Virus record (IMG/VR): IMGVR_UViG_3300033146_001239
Span: 4,085 to 68,084 of that record
Reading direction: 5' to 3' (one strand)
Length of the DNA stretch: 64,000 nt
Origin: a virus
Shown: piece after piece, positions 46,601 through 57,328 of the stretch
How positions within the stretch are numbered: the stretch's first letter is position 1
How the letters are laid out: each line of letters opens with the position of its first letter
Notes under the pieces: model-generated
Databases searched by the model: none
What the model was told of the DNA's origin: nothing
The model's input: the letters and a program-made list of their open reading frames with translations, nothing else
Made by a program: the position numbers and the translations under genes

Positions 46601-49177
46601 ATTTATTCTAGGTGTTTTTTTGTTTAGATAAGTACTTGAATGAATTGTTTGGACACCAGAAGTTAATTGACTATCTATTTTATCTGAATTTCTATAAAAA
46701 TACGATGGTACTGGTACAACAGTATTAGCTGTGTTATTATCATTTAATTCGTAAAATACTTGACAACCAAAATTAGGGTCAAATAGTGACCAACCTGGTG
46801 TATTTCTCTCACCTTCTTTAGTATCAACAGTATTTTTATTTAAATCTTTCCCACCAACTAAAACATCATTTAATTTATAATCATCAATGATAGTCACACC
46901 ATAATTAGGTAACATTCTAGGTTCAATAGTATTAATAAATTTAATATATGTATCTGGTCTATTATTATTATTTTTAATAAAATTACACTGTGAATCGGTT
47001 TTTAACCATCTTTCTTTAACTGGTTCCCCATAACTACCCATAGATATTGCATCATCAGTTTTAACTATTTTAGTAGTATTTAAATTATTAGTTAATGGTA
47101 TATACCCATCAGCATCATAATTATATTCATAATAATTACCATTACTTTTAAAATACGGTCTATCTTTAATATTTAATTGATTATTACCATTACCATCAAC
47201 CAATTCTTTAATAATTTTTTCGGGTTTTAAATACCCACTAGTATCAATAACCGTATAAATCGATGTGTTTTTTTTATTTCGTAACCCATCAAATAAATTA
47301 TTAGCTTCCAATTTAGCCATAGCATTTATCTCATTTTCATTAAGATATTTAGCAGTATGGTTAAAAAATATTAGCATTCTATCTAAAACTACTTTAGTAA
47401 TACCCCAATTATTTGAATCAGTGAAAAAATTAGTTTTATATGGATTAGTAGTACCATCAACTAATTCTAATGGGTTTATTAAATACCACCCTATTTCATA
47501 ACCACTTAAACTAAAACGTTCATCGTCTCTTTTAACTACTGAAATTAACCCATCTAATAATTCTTCAATATATTTTACTTCATCAGAATTAGGTAAAACA
47601 TTACCCAACCACGCTTCGTATTTGTTTTTATTAACACCATCAACCTCAAAATATTCTGGCCAAGGATAAATTACATCACCTTTAATGTCAGATACACTAC
47701 CCTTTATTTTTTTAGCGTTTCCATTACTAGTTTTTAACCAAGTTTTCTCTGCATTAATACTAACATCTTTAATTGTTTCATAAAAAGCATCGACATGTGC
47801 TGCTAATATAGTTATTACACGTCTAATTGTTGGTACAAAACCTAAAGTTTCTTCCGTAATATCAGACATTTTTTCACTTAACTCTATTCTTAACTTCTTT
47901 AAAGATTTTTCTAAATTAATTTTTATAGAATCAATTTTATTTAATAAAATTTTATATGGATAAAAAGTAGGGGTTTCTCTTTTAGGTATTAAACTATCAG
48001 AATCTTCAATAATACCTAAATATATATTTTTTGTAACATTATCTAAACCTAGATTACTTTGAACATCCGCACTTGTTTTACTAATAAATTTTAAACCATT
48101 TTTAATATCTTTATCAGTTAATTTATAAGAAGAACTAATATTACCAGAATTATAATCTTTAACTGTTTCATTAATTAATTTCTGATTAACAAAGTCGTCA
48201 TGATAATTTTTAGCATCATTTGATAAATCTTTATCCCGTAAATAAACACCATTCAAATTATATTTTATATTCCCATCATTCATTTTTCCCATTTCTCTAT
48301 TATGTGAAACAATTGAATTTCTAATATCTAATAATTTACTTAATTTATTTTCAGTTGCACTAACTCGTTTAGCTAAATCATCATCACGTTTCATTTTTTC
48401 AAAACTAGTATTTAATGAATCCATATCATCAAAATATTTACCAATAGTTGGTAATTCAAACCCAATATCATTACCATCACTATCTTTTAACGATAAATAT
48501 TTTTCTTGTAGTTTTTTAAATTTTTGACCACCAATATCTGTAAAAACATTACCCCTTATATAACCTAATAACATATCACTAAGAAATGCATATGTATAAC
48601 CAATAAAAACACATTTTATATCAAAATTACCAGTTTGAGAATTAAATTTACTAGTAAATTTGGTTAAATGTAAACAATAATTAACCGATTTACCATAATA
48701 ACCTTGAACCTTTAATTTAAATATGGGGTATGGTAAATCAAAAAAAACATTATATTTTGATTTTTTACCAGATGCAAATACACTACTACCCCTAACATCT
48801 ACCATATTAATAATTATCATTGGTGCTAGTGATGAATTAAATTCAATATTAATATCTGTTAAACCTAAACCTTCTAAATTTTCCCCCGATTTATTAAACG
48901 TAGTACTAACTTGTGTAAAATTAGTTGTTAACATATTAGTATTACCATATTCTGAACCATTTGGTATTAATAAATTACCATCGTCAATAATATTAACATT
49001 AGTTAAATTATTAGTATTATTACTTAAGACACTCCTACCTTTACGTTCAGCTGTTAATTCAACTATAATATTTAATTTTTCTAATGGTATTAAACTACCA
49101 TTAGTGATTTCATTCATATTATTAACATCCAAATAAATTTGTTTGTTAATTGTATTACCACTTGTATTATTTCCCAT
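43658..49177 (-). CDS. Large baseplate hub / tail lysin with C-terminal M23 metallopeptidase
   Basis: gp27/VgrG-like end YSCEVEMLGDAMIQPMMYFQL...GAYLIIKVSHSI; M23 motifs HNGVDFG, YGHL, GHSTGLHLHF. Confidence 0.85.
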   Translation of the reverse strand: MGNNTSGNTINKQIYLDVNNMNEITNGSLIPLEKLNIIVELTAERKGRSVLSNNTNNLTNVNIIDDGNLLIPNGSEYGNTNMLTTNFTQVSTTFNKSGENLEGLGLTDINIEFNSSLAPMIIINMVDVRGSSVFASGKKSKYNVFFDLPYPIFKLKVQGYYGKSVNYCLHLTKFTSKFNSQTGNFDIKCVFIGYTYAFLSDMLLGYIRGNVFTDIGGQKFKKLQEKYLSLKDSDGNDIGFELPTIGKYFDDMDSLNTSFEKMKRDDDLAKRVSATENKLSKLLDIRNSIVSHNREMGKMNDGNIKYNLNGVYLRDKDLSNDAKNYHDDFVNQKLINETVKDYNSGNISSSYKLTDKDIKNGLKFISKTSADVQSNLGLDNVTKNIYLGIIEDSDSLIPKRETPTFYPYKILLNKIDSIKINLEKSLKKLRIELSEKMSDITEETLGFVPTIRRVITILAAHVDAFYETIKDVSINAEKTWLKTSNGNAKKIKGSVSDIKGDVIYPWPEYFEVDGVNKNKYEAWLGNVLPNSDEVKYIEELLDGLISVVKRDDERFSLSGYEIGWYLINPLELVDGTTNPYKTNFFTDSNNWGITKVVLDRMLIFFNHTAKYLNENEINAMAKLEANNLFDGLRNKKNTSIYTVIDTSGYLKPEKIIKELVDGNGNNQLNIKDRPYFKSNGNYYEYNYDADGYIPLTNNLNTTKIVKTDDAISMGSYGEPVKERWLKTDSQCNFIKNNNNRPDTYIKFINTIEPRMLPNYGVTIIDDYKLNDVLVGGKDLNKNTVDTKEGERNTPGWSLFDPNFGCQVFYELNDNNTANTVVPVPSYFYRNSDKIDSQLTSGVQTIHSSTYLNKKTPRINGVNYPNGLRNIYDVSIGFGYDIEKSLSGLTIDKFEKCSTVGYSSFDPKLIPLLPDMRWVMRDSLEVTPILNQDGFYIPGFIFNIQDSDGENHTHEFDLFGSEFYYAQDNISKAFLFLHTLPLIQQYESDDNTFNIKNNIINQTNKSPGVLSNQVIQGLLSERSSYLKLPYTWILFIGGLLWRLSKNVDPIKYNNGSHYYIPFMDSNNKPEKYEYLTQYFSYGNGFIQGLEVDLGLTELSCSMQFCHDSDIVGLKIERVICDLPKQVKDLFITEFTKWGNTSWLNIKSKLEIVDSYSDLISLYDSWDDIKNGVITPNDYYNHFNRDNYRRIWGIEEYGNSKNFITELKNNTQIQKELYTLFTNVDLKMINGSWRIWNVYSDDGNKKRNKFVNHTTDNIKLNIKKTDFKNYLTTLSLEYHRLVEKSNKDGVNRDEEIKEQMFNSIDNDMVKLTLYRSIKSIFEKWVAGVGNDDRNNSCLRGGNLIDTFKFLDRDFEDIGDKFLINPNTLKKNIMGDLNQSFYDVVSRLLSDNYFNFIPLPNYINYKTIGGLKDAFRPFSYLDDSLEISHENGPSFVCVYSGQKSIHLDMGEDGKYPSDGVNMDDPDNKFGSAPIFAVNYGQENQNYFKDVSLDQEEFSETQESLKILDDISMRGSEINRSTIGQNLFNIYNTRSYSCEVEMLGDAMIQPMMYFQLNNIPMFKGAYLIIKVSHSIKPNHMSTRFKGVRIKSTKTKLIDEVSLYMNMLGAIPNSGDFTKANVGPYTEREVAGKKIHTEDVKNLTGFTFTDPLDELRVTALYGIRTLNGKTGHHNGVDFGKTNKIKLGSDVKAVAGGKIVTLKMNPGGYGLYMVISHEIKETGHKYFSLYGHLYDVDDSILAIPSGTTSGGKEIISGVDFSSAINKTVKQGQIIAAIGGIQNKKIINGVDTAGHSTGLHLHFSIFENKNGGTWTNNRYFDKDPLLLLESGVLGKCKFKKGLAPQD

Positions 49178-49490
49178 ATAATTTAATGTGATTAATTATC
49201 TTATCTTGATATCTTTTTAATGCATTTTTAAATGTAAATGGTATTGATATAATTTCCCCGTCTGGAATATCAAATTCTAACCCACCCCATTGTGAATTTC
49301 TAGCCATAATTAAAAAACCATGATATGGGTTATTATAATATTTTTCACTTAATTTGTCAAGCCTTGTTACACCTTTTTTATAAACTTCCGTTTTATCGTT
49401 TAACATTGGTTCTAAGGTAATACCAGGCAATGGAGTTATATCACCATTATTTCTATATAATTCATATCTATCAAAATATTGTACATCCAT
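49167..49490 (-). CDS. LysM / tail-X-like baseplate protein
   Basis: TRLDKLSEKYYNNPYHGFLIMARN...IPDGEIISIP. Confidence 0.75.
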   Translation of the reverse strand: MDVQYFDRYELYRNNGDITPLPGITLEPMLNDKTEVYKKGVTRLDKLSEKYYNNPYHGFLIMARNSQWGGLEFDIPDGEIISIPFTFKNALKRYQDKIINHIKLYGK

Positions 49491-49491
49491 A

Positions 49492-52400
49492 TTAATTAGT
49501 TTTTACTTTTACATTTTGTAAAACAACGTTATTTTGTTTAATTGTAACAATTCCATTAGAAAAATCACTTAATTTTAATGTAGTAGGTTTATCAATCATT
49601 ATATTATTAATTCTCACATCGTAATTCTCATTAAAATCAAATAAATCAGTCCCAATTATTTTTGTTAAAATATTTCTAAATTGTAATAAATAAGTCCCAC
49701 TTTCAATTTTATCACCATTAATTCGTTCAATAGAATATATAAATTCATTTTCAATGATTTCATCATTATCATCAATAGCATTATCAACAATTACACTAAA
49801 TTTTTGTGGTTCATCACTAACAATTTCTTGTTTATTATCATTTATTAAATTTAATACTTGATTAACAACTTTATTTTTTTTAGTTGAATTAACACCAGCT
49901 TTAACTTCATCACCACCTTGCCCAGATATTTCATCACCTTCTTTTTTATTAGGTTTAATCATTGTACCTGGTACCAATTTACCTTGAGAACCATTCATTT
50001 TAATTCTATCAGCTCTTTCATCATAAACTTGAGTATTAGCAAAGAAATTATGCGATACCGCATTCTGTAGTCTATTAATTGGTCCAACTAAACTAGACCC
50101 ACCAATAAATTTAAAGGACATATCAACATTAACTATCATAGGTTGAACCCCTATCCCCTCTGGGTTTAAATCCCAAACTAATGGTTCATAACTAAAGTTT
50201 ACATTATCAATCACAATTTTAGTATTATAAAAATCACCAATTCTTAATATACAAATAGGTGGTCTACCAAATGCTAAATTACCAACACCACTAGAATCAG
50301 TTGGACCTTGCCTTGTACATTGTTTTAAAAATGTTAATCGACTATTTAACCCTTCTGGTGTCATAGAATGAAATGCTGGGTGGAAATATTTTAATTGTTC
50401 ACGAATATCATCAAATATAAATCTATCTGTTCGTTGTAATTCAAGAAAATAATCACACTCACTATATTTATGCATTGATTTTGGTTTCTTATTATTATTT
50501 ACCTTTTCTTTCGGAGAAATAATATTATTTTTATTATTATCTATATTAAACTTTGGTTCATATTCTAATCGAATAAGTACTTTTCTATTTTTTTTATAAC
50601 CCAATGTTTCATAATTTTCTACATCATTTGGTAATACAATAGGGTTAAGTGTGTGTGTAAAAGCACCTTCTGGTTTTAAATCTATTTGTTTTTCTTTAAT
50701 ATTACTCGCACCAGCTTTAATTTTTTTTAAAATCCATTCACCACGTGCTTTTGATAAATTATTATTATAATCACTTGGTGTACCATCTGGTTGACCAATA
50801 CTAGCATAGCCTAAGATAGTTATCTTTAATTCATTATTAATATCTTCATTTAATTTTAAAATTAAATCATCTAATTTATCTTGATAACCTTCATTTAGAC
50901 TAAAGTATGTTCTATTGTAATGCGTTGTTTCTGTCACACCATCACCACCATTTTCAATCCCATATGTTGGTATAGTTGTCGGACACCCGCCACTATATTC
51001 ATATTTATCTTGTATAATTTCCGAATCATTTGGAAAATAAAATTCATATTCTTTTTTATCAATATCTTTATTATCAACCTTTTCATCAGTATTAGTATCA
51101 TCTTCAAGTTCATTTTTATTTTTCTCATCATCAGTAACTTCCCCGTTAAACCCAGTATCTGGGTCTTGACACCCAGCAAATGTTGAATAAATTTCAGATT
51201 CTGATGCAATATTTCTCATATTATTCATTACTGATGGGTGGTCAACTATAATTTGAAATTGTAATGTACCTAACCTTTCAGTATGATTATAAGTATAAAT
51301 TGGTTCACCTCTCCCTATAAATGGAATAGTTTCCCAATTAACACTTGAATTATCAGTAAAATTTATACCATATGGTGGAAACCACATTATCCTCCCTTTA
51401 TCACCAGTAATTGGGTCACCTGGTCCAACTTCACAAGGATATTTTTCTTTTAAATCAGCTGAATGGTCAGCCCACGCTAAGTTTTCAATTGAAAACATAA
51501 AATTCTTTATATTTTCACCTAATTCTTTATCTGGATTATAATATGGACCAATTTTAGGGAAACCATTACCCTTATCATCAGCACCTAATACAGAATCACT
51601 TAAACCATCACGAATTATTGTAGATTTTTTTGTCGTACTAAAAAAACCACTATGTTTTTGTAAATTTTCAACTTGATTATATCTACGCATGGTTGACCAT
51701 ACACGACATAACGTCTCTTTACCATCAACTTTACATGTTACCCCAGAACCTTTACTCATATCATTTTTTAAATATGAATATGGTGTATAAATACTATCAG
51801 AAAATTTTACATCTTTATCTGATGATTTAGTTATCAATGTCCTCGCAATTCCAGCATTAAATAATTCCTTTGTTTTATACAACAAACTTTCTTTATTGTT
51901 TTTATACGGATTTATTAATCCATGGTTAATTTCTTGTATTTCAGTAGTAGTAACATCAATAAATAATTTATCACGATATTCTGGTGCTAAATCATAATTA
52001 CCAAAATTTGGGTTTTCAATTGTGTTAGTAACCTTTTTCTCTACTTTTTCTATTAAATCAACATCCCATTGAAATTCGTGAACGTCAGTATTATTATCTT
52101 CTTTTTCACAAACACGATAACTATCATAATAGTCACTATATGCAGCACCAATTGTACCTTGAAAACGATTACTATCGATTATAACATCAGGCTTATCACT
52201 CGCATAGTACCTGGCATTTATACCATCATCACCCTTCCTTTTATCCTCATAACCAGGTTTATAACAATTTTGATTTACGTTAAAAAATAATGTATTAATC
52301 TGACCTTTACCAGTATTACTAATAAAATTGTTATTTGTTTGTAAATTACTTGCAAATTGATTAGTTTGTAAATAACTCTTACAAAATAATTTAGGTGCAT

Positions 52401-53280
52401 ATTCAAATGAACCAGAAGCCATTAAACTAACTGGCAATTCTAACCCAGCTACTCTTGAGAAAAAATTACCAACTTTACCTAAAGTACTCTTTGGTACTGT
52501 AATATCATAATTTGGTGTAAATATTTCACCACCAGTCAATAAATCTAAAGGATTTGTATTTATTCTACCAATAGTTTCTTGTTGTAAACCAAAAGCCGCA
52601 TTATTACCCATTGCTCTAGCTAATTCAGATGCACCTATGTTTCCTAACAGTGTATCGTTAATAATACCAGTTGATGATAATCCTCTACCAACTATTGATG
52701 CTCTTACATCGTATCCACTAGCTAAACTACCATCTGGATTAATACCAACATCACCTTGAAGGAAACCACCAATTACATTTATAGCTTCGGTTGAAGGACC
52801 ACCTAGGTTAATATGTTGATTTTCATCTAGATAACCATTAACCTGTTTACTCATTGTACCAGGTATTAATCGACCTATATCTCTTGTTTCATAGTTATCT
52901 GGTACATAGTAATTAGTTAGTATATCTACTTCCCTAAATTCATTAGATATTGTTGTTAAATAATTATCATCAGTATTAACTTCATCATAACCAACACCTA
53001 AATGACCTTCATTACCTATATTTCCAATTGGAGAAGAAAACGTAGATGTAGTTTCAGTTGATATATCGAAATCTCTATAAGGATTGTTGGATAAGCGTAC
53101 TTCACGATAACCCTCACTAACATCATCTAAGTTTTGAACATCTGTAACAGCACCTATATTGATTATCGCTTCATGCCCAATACCATGCATTTCTGATAAA
53201 ATGCTACTATCTGGCATTAAATTTAAATTTAATAAATAATCTCTTAAATCTGGTGATATTGAATTAATATTTGCTGACAT
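49492..53280 (-). CDS. Tail tube-initiator/baseplate-type protein with an inserted OmpA-like peptidoglycan-binding domain
   Basis: FPPYG...DNSSVNWETIPFIGRGEPIYTY and PPICILRIGDFYNTKIVI flank an OmpA-like segment (FYFPND...ITILGYAS...YNNNLSKARG...NRKV). Likely start MSANI at 53280. Confidence 0.7.
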   Translation of the reverse strand: MSANINSISPDLRDYLLNLNLMPDSSILSEMHGIGHEAIINIGAVTDVQNLDDVSEGYREVRLSNNPYRDFDISTETTSTFSSPIGNIGNEGHLGVGYDEVNTDDNYLTTISNEFREVDILTNYYVPDNYETRDIGRLIPGTMSKQVNGYLDENQHINLGGPSTEAINVIGGFLQGDVGINPDGSLASGYDVRASIVGRGLSSTGIINDTLLGNIGASELARAMGNNAAFGLQQETIGRINTNPLDLLTGGEIFTPNYDITVPKSTLGKVGNFFSRVAGLELPVSLMASGSFEYAPKLFCKSYLQTNQFASNLQTNNNFISNTGKGQINTLFFNVNQNCYKPGYEDKRKGDDGINARYYASDKPDVIIDSNRFQGTIGAAYSDYYDSYRVCEKEDNNTDVHEFQWDVDLIEKVEKKVTNTIENPNFGNYDLAPEYRDKLFIDVTTTEIQEINHGLINPYKNNKESLLYKTKELFNAGIARTLITKSSDKDVKFSDSIYTPYSYLKNDMSKGSGVTCKVDGKETLCRVWSTMRRYNQVENLQKHSGFFSTTKKSTIIRDGLSDSVLGADDKGNGFPKIGPYYNPDKELGENIKNFMFSIENLAWADHSADLKEKYPCEVGPGDPITGDKGRIMWFPPYGINFTDNSSVNWETIPFIGRGEPIYTYNHTERLGTLQFQIIVDHPSVMNNMRNIASESEIYSTFAGCQDPDTGFNGEVTDDEKNKNELEDDTNTDEKVDNKDIDKKEYEFYFPNDSEIIQDKYEYSGGCPTTIPTYGIENGGDGVTETTHYNRTYFSLNEGYQDKLDDLILKLNEDINNELKITILGYASIGQPDGTPSDYNNNLSKARGEWILKKIKAGASNIKEKQIDLKPEGAFTHTLNPIVLPNDVENYETLGYKKNRKVLIRLEYEPKFNIDNNKNNIISPKEKVNNNKKPKSMHKYSECDYFLELQRTDRFIFDDIREQLKYFHPAFHSMTPEGLNSRLTFLKQCTRQGPTDSSGVGNLAFGRPPICILRIGDFYNTKIVIDNVNFSYEPLVWDLNPEGIGVQPMIVNVDMSFKFIGGSSLVGPINRLQNAVSHNFFANTQVYDERADRIKMNGSQGKLVPGTMIKPNKKEGDEISGQGGDEVKAGVNSTKKNKVVNQVLNLINDNKQEIVSDEPQKFSVIVDNAIDDNDEIIENEFIYSIERINGDKIESGTYLLQFRNILTKIIGTDLFDFNENYDVRINNIMIDKPTTLKLSDFSNGIVTIKQNNVVLQNVKVKTN

Positions 53281-53434
53281 AATTTTTCCTTTATTAATAA
53301 ATATCAATTTAAGTAATTTCTATTATAAATAAATAATATATAGTATTATAATATATATTATATTAATATATAATTATATAAATTATAGAAGATTGTGATT
53401 TTTTTTAATTATGCAACTATTTCGTTAATTATTT

Positions 53435-55984
53435 TTAAACAGGGTTAGGGTTTAATTTTCCACCACCAATTGCTTTTCTTAATTCTCCTTGTATTAAACT
53501 ACTCAATTCTCTTAATAATTGAGGGTCGTCATTGAAATTTATTTTACTATCAGTACCATTTATAGTTATTGGACCAAATTCTATCTTCAATGGTTTAAAA
53601 TTAATATCCATTGATTTAATGTTAGTTTCATTACTAGTTGATTTATCTAACATTTTATCAACTGGACCACCTTTTTTAGCACCAATTATTGTATCATTAG
53701 GTGAAATAGATTGAATTGGTTCACCTGGTCTTGAAACAAAATCATCAACCATATTATTTGGTCCTGTTATTGAACCATTAGGTCTCGCATATTGGGTTGG
53801 TCTTTCATAATTTAGTTCATTATATAAACCATATCCAAGTCCACCGATACCACCAGCTAATGCCCCCCAAGGACCAAACATAGCACCCATTCCAGCACCT
53901 TGTAACGCTGAACTACCAACACCTATAGCTTGACCCCAACCACCATGTTGGTCTTCTAATTGTTGTCTTCCATAATCTAATCCCATACTACCAGCAGTAC
54001 CTAATAAACCAAGTCCCATTCTTGTACCCATACCCCATTTAGTATTTTGCATACCATACCCAGCACGTTTTAATATATTTGGTTTAGTGAATGTTTTGTA
54101 ATTAGTACCTTTAGTCTGTTGCATCCATCGACCTTTTGAATTCTTACTTAAACCCATAAATGATTTATTACCACTAATTCCTCCAACACCACCAGGGCCA
54201 CCACCAGGGCCACCACCTACACTAGCGGTCATATTAAATCCCATTCCAAGTGCGGCTCCATTAGCAAGCCACATCCCTGCTTTAAATAAACCAAATCCAG
54301 CTAATCCAGTTAATAAGGCGGTTGTCACCTTACCACCAACACCTTTATCACCATCAAAAAATGAAGCTAAAAATTCACCAACCTTCGCACCCCAATTTTT
54401 CATCGTTTCAGCGACTTTAGTTAATGTGCCGTCCTTTGATATAGATTTCACGAAATCTTTCAAAATTGGGGTTAATTTAGCGTCTAAACCTTTTAAGAAT
54501 GGTAATAATGTTATCTTTAAAGACTCAACTAGATTAGAAAGCGTTTCATCAAATGTTTTTGAAGCAATAGCTCTATCCTCCAATGTCTTTTTCTCACCAA
54601 TTATTTGATTTTCCATACCAGATGTAATATATTTAACCAATTTCGGGTCACCGTTAACGTTTATCGTCCAACCTTTTTTATCTTTATTCCATTGGGCATT
54701 TGATGCTATAAATTCTTTAGCTTCTTGTGAAAGTTTTGGGTCAATCATCGTTTTTATTTTAGAGTTTTTAGCAAATGCTTTAGAGCTTTCAGCTAGTTCT
54801 TTATAGTCTATACCCAAACTTTTAGCCACTTCACGTAACCTATGCATTTCCATTCCAGAAATTTCAAATTCTTTAGTTTCTTTATTAAATTGAGCAGTCC
54901 CAGTGGTAGCCTTAATTATTGATTGTTGAAGACCTTCCATGTCATGTCGTGCCTGGTACATTAACGTAAATGGGTCGGCTAAATTAGACCACGCACCTCC
55001 TAAAACTTGTAGATTTGCGGCCATTTCAACGGCACCTTCTGGTGTAATTAATTTATCAGCAACACCAGCAATTGACTCCATTGACATTTTAAACCTAATG
55101 GATTCTGCTGTCATTTTTTTCATATTAGCAAGGCCACCTTTAAAATTATAACCTTGAGCTAATTTAAGGTTTTTAACCATGTCTTTAGAAAATTTACTAG
55201 CATTTACACCCATACCTTGAGCTAATTGAACGCCTTCTTCCATTAAATCACGGGCACGTTCAGCTGAATAACCGAAATTTTCTAAATTAGCCGCGTATTC
55301 AGCTGCAATACCAGAATCACCCATAAAAGCACCTTCTTGTAATTCAGCCATTGCGGTTAACCCTTGTTCACTTAACATAACGGTTTTACCTAATTGTTCA
55401 GAATAACTTTGTTGAAGTTTAGCCAACCCTTTCATATTAACACCCATTTGTGTTGTATGAATTGCTGTTTTATTAATCGTGTTAAAAACTTTTTCAGATT
55501 CTTTACCCATTAACCCCATACTAAGGGTTGCCATTCTAACCGCTTTATCTTGTTCTGTGTAATAACCAGGTATTTGTTTAGCGAATTTCCATGTCCCATC
55601 TTTAATAGTATTCCCAATCGCTTTATGAAGTTTAAGTGATTCACGTTGTTTTTTTATTTTTTTCTCATACAATTCGTTTTGCATTTTGAGAAATTTTACT
55701 TCATCTTCTATTAAATCAGCCTCGCGTTCCAGTTGGTCACCAATCTTGCCACCAATTTTTTTAGCTTCTTTACGTAATTCAACCGCCTTTTTTTCAAGTT
55801 TTTCAACTTTACGTTGTTGCAATTTTAGGTTTCGATATAATTTTACAGCATCACCTAATGCGGTAACATAACTACCCATTGATTTATTAGCAGCCTTTGA
55901 AGCTGTTTCAAGTTCTTCAGCTTCTTTTCTCCATTTACCGACTTCTTTTCTCCATTTACCGAATTCTTCTTCAATTTTAGCCAT
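53435..55984 (-). CDS. Tape measure protein
   Basis: 849 aa, helical and Ala/Gly/Met-rich, with Gly-rich hydrophobic segments (GAGMGAMFGPWGALAGGIGG); downstream of the tube and chaperone genes. Confidence 0.8.
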   Translation of the reverse strand: MAKIEEEFGKWRKEVGKWRKEAEELETASKAANKSMGSYVTALGDAVKLYRNLKLQQRKVEKLEKKAVELRKEAKKIGGKIGDQLEREADLIEDEVKFLKMQNELYEKKIKKQRESLKLHKAIGNTIKDGTWKFAKQIPGYYTEQDKAVRMATLSMGLMGKESEKVFNTINKTAIHTTQMGVNMKGLAKLQQSYSEQLGKTVMLSEQGLTAMAELQEGAFMGDSGIAAEYAANLENFGYSAERARDLMEEGVQLAQGMGVNASKFSKDMVKNLKLAQGYNFKGGLANMKKMTAESIRFKMSMESIAGVADKLITPEGAVEMAANLQVLGGAWSNLADPFTLMYQARHDMEGLQQSIIKATTGTAQFNKETKEFEISGMEMHRLREVAKSLGIDYKELAESSKAFAKNSKIKTMIDPKLSQEAKEFIASNAQWNKDKKGWTINVNGDPKLVKYITSGMENQIIGEKKTLEDRAIASKTFDETLSNLVESLKITLLPFLKGLDAKLTPILKDFVKSISKDGTLTKVAETMKNWGAKVGEFLASFFDGDKGVGGKVTTALLTGLAGFGLFKAGMWLANGAALGMGFNMTASVGGGPGGGPGGVGGISGNKSFMGLSKNSKGRWMQQTKGTNYKTFTKPNILKRAGYGMQNTKWGMGTRMGLGLLGTAGSMGLDYGRQQLEDQHGGWGQAIGVGSSALQGAGMGAMFGPWGALAGGIGGLGYGLYNELNYERPTQYARPNGSITGPNNMVDDFVSRPGEPIQSISPNDTIIGAKKGGPVDKMLDKSTSNETNIKSMDINFKPLKIEFGPITINGTDSKINFNDDPQLLRELSSLIQGELRKAIGGGKLNPNPV

Positions 55985-55985
55985 T

Positions 55986-57029
55986 TTACATTATCACTAT
56001 TTTAACTATGGCATCACCGTTATAACCTAATGCAGTACCATTTATAGTTGGTAATACTTGATAAGTGGAACCACGAATTATTTCGGCATCACCTAGAATT
56101 TTAAACGTAACGTTTTGTTTTTCATAAAATACCTTTCTATCATCAATATTTAATTGACCGTTATACGTTCCACCATGTTTTGTTTTAGGCATTATAACGT
56201 TACCGTTATTGGTTAAATTAACATTTAATCTAAACTTAATTTCACCATTTGTTAATTCGTCACCATTTTTTTCTTTAGTATCATGAACGTTTAACCCATA
56301 TTTTTTTAATATATTATCCATAGCTATATAACCTTTAGGGAAAAAGAATATATTATCCATACTTAAAAAACTAGGTTCAAACACCATAGATTTTAATATC
56401 TTATCCTTCCCTTCCAACCACTTTTCTCTAATATTTCTCTTGAATTCATCTTCATTACTTTTAATTTTGTTAGCTAATTCTATATCACGTTTTTCTTTCT
56501 CCCTTTGTTTTTCTTTTTCACTTGATTTTTTATCTAACCTTTTAGAACCATGTTTGAAAACATTATCATTATCATCGTCTGCTTTACCGTTTGGTAAAAT
56601 TTGTGACATTAAATAATTGTTTATCCTAATATTTTTTATCTCATCATCAATGGTGTATGATAATTGTAAATATGGTTCACCATTATTAAACTTTAATGCA
56701 CGGTGTTTATTTAAAGTGTAATAAGTACCACCCATACCACTGTTATCGTTATCTGATATTATAAAATCTAAATACAGTTCATCACCGTTTATTTCAATGA
56801 TTTTAAATGAATAATAATCTAAAAGTTTCCAATTAATATCATCAGCATTAAAATCATATTCACCAGTAGCAATCATCAATATATCACCAGGTTTTACTGA
56901 ATCTAACATACCACTAAATTTTGAAATAATATCTGACAAAAATCTTTTCTTAGCGTCAGATTTATCAGATTCTACAATAAAATTCTTTATATAATTGATT
57001 TGACTTTCAGTTACTATAATTTTTTTCAT
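55986..57029 (-). CDS. Hypothetical protein
   Basis: 347-aa ORF starting MKKIIVTESQ; TATTTAT upstream. Confidence 0.65.
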   Translation of the reverse strand: MKKIIVTESQINYIKNFIVESDKSDAKKRFLSDIISKFSGMLDSVKPGDILMIATGEYDFNADDINWKLLDYYSFKIIEINGDELYLDFIISDNDNSGMGGTYYTLNKHRALKFNNGEPYLQLSYTIDDEIKNIRINNYLMSQILPNGKADDDNDNVFKHGSKRLDKKSSEKEKQREKEKRDIELANKIKSNEDEFKRNIREKWLEGKDKILKSMVFEPSFLSMDNIFFFPKGYIAMDNILKKYGLNVHDTKEKNGDELTNGEIKFRLNVNLTNNGNVIMPKTKHGGTYNGQLNIDDRKVFYEKQNVTFKILGDAEIIRGSTYQVLPTINGTALGYNGDAIVKIVIM

Positions 57030-57063
57030 TCTATTCGTTTATATATAAATATGTTAAACATTA

Positions 57064-57328
57064 TTATAATTGATTGGAATATTCATTATAAATTGATTTA
57101 ACTGATTCACCAGTATGTTTCGTTATTCTAGTACCATTTGATTTATTAACAACATTTTTACTTCTTTCATTCATTTGAATATTTTGTTGATGTAAAGTCT
57201 CTAAGAAAAATCTACGTTCAATCGTTGGCATATTCATAACATCTGAATATGATTGATGAAGATGGTTCATTGTAACATAAACCTCCTCCCATAAATGTTT
57301 TTTAAATTCGCTCGTTAGGCCAAAAAAA
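57064..57328 (-). CDS. Downstream tail-chaperone ORF, probably reached by frameshift from the upstream gene
   Basis: The frame of 57064..57270 stays open upstream through the T7 run: FFGLTSEFKKHLWEEVYVTMNHLHQSYSDVMNMPTIERRFFL. Confidence 0.6.

Noticed and set aside
55921-55962. 21-bp tandem duplication at the start of the tape measure gene (GKWRKE x2)
   Set aside because: Real but in-frame and only two copies; most likely a neutral slippage event.
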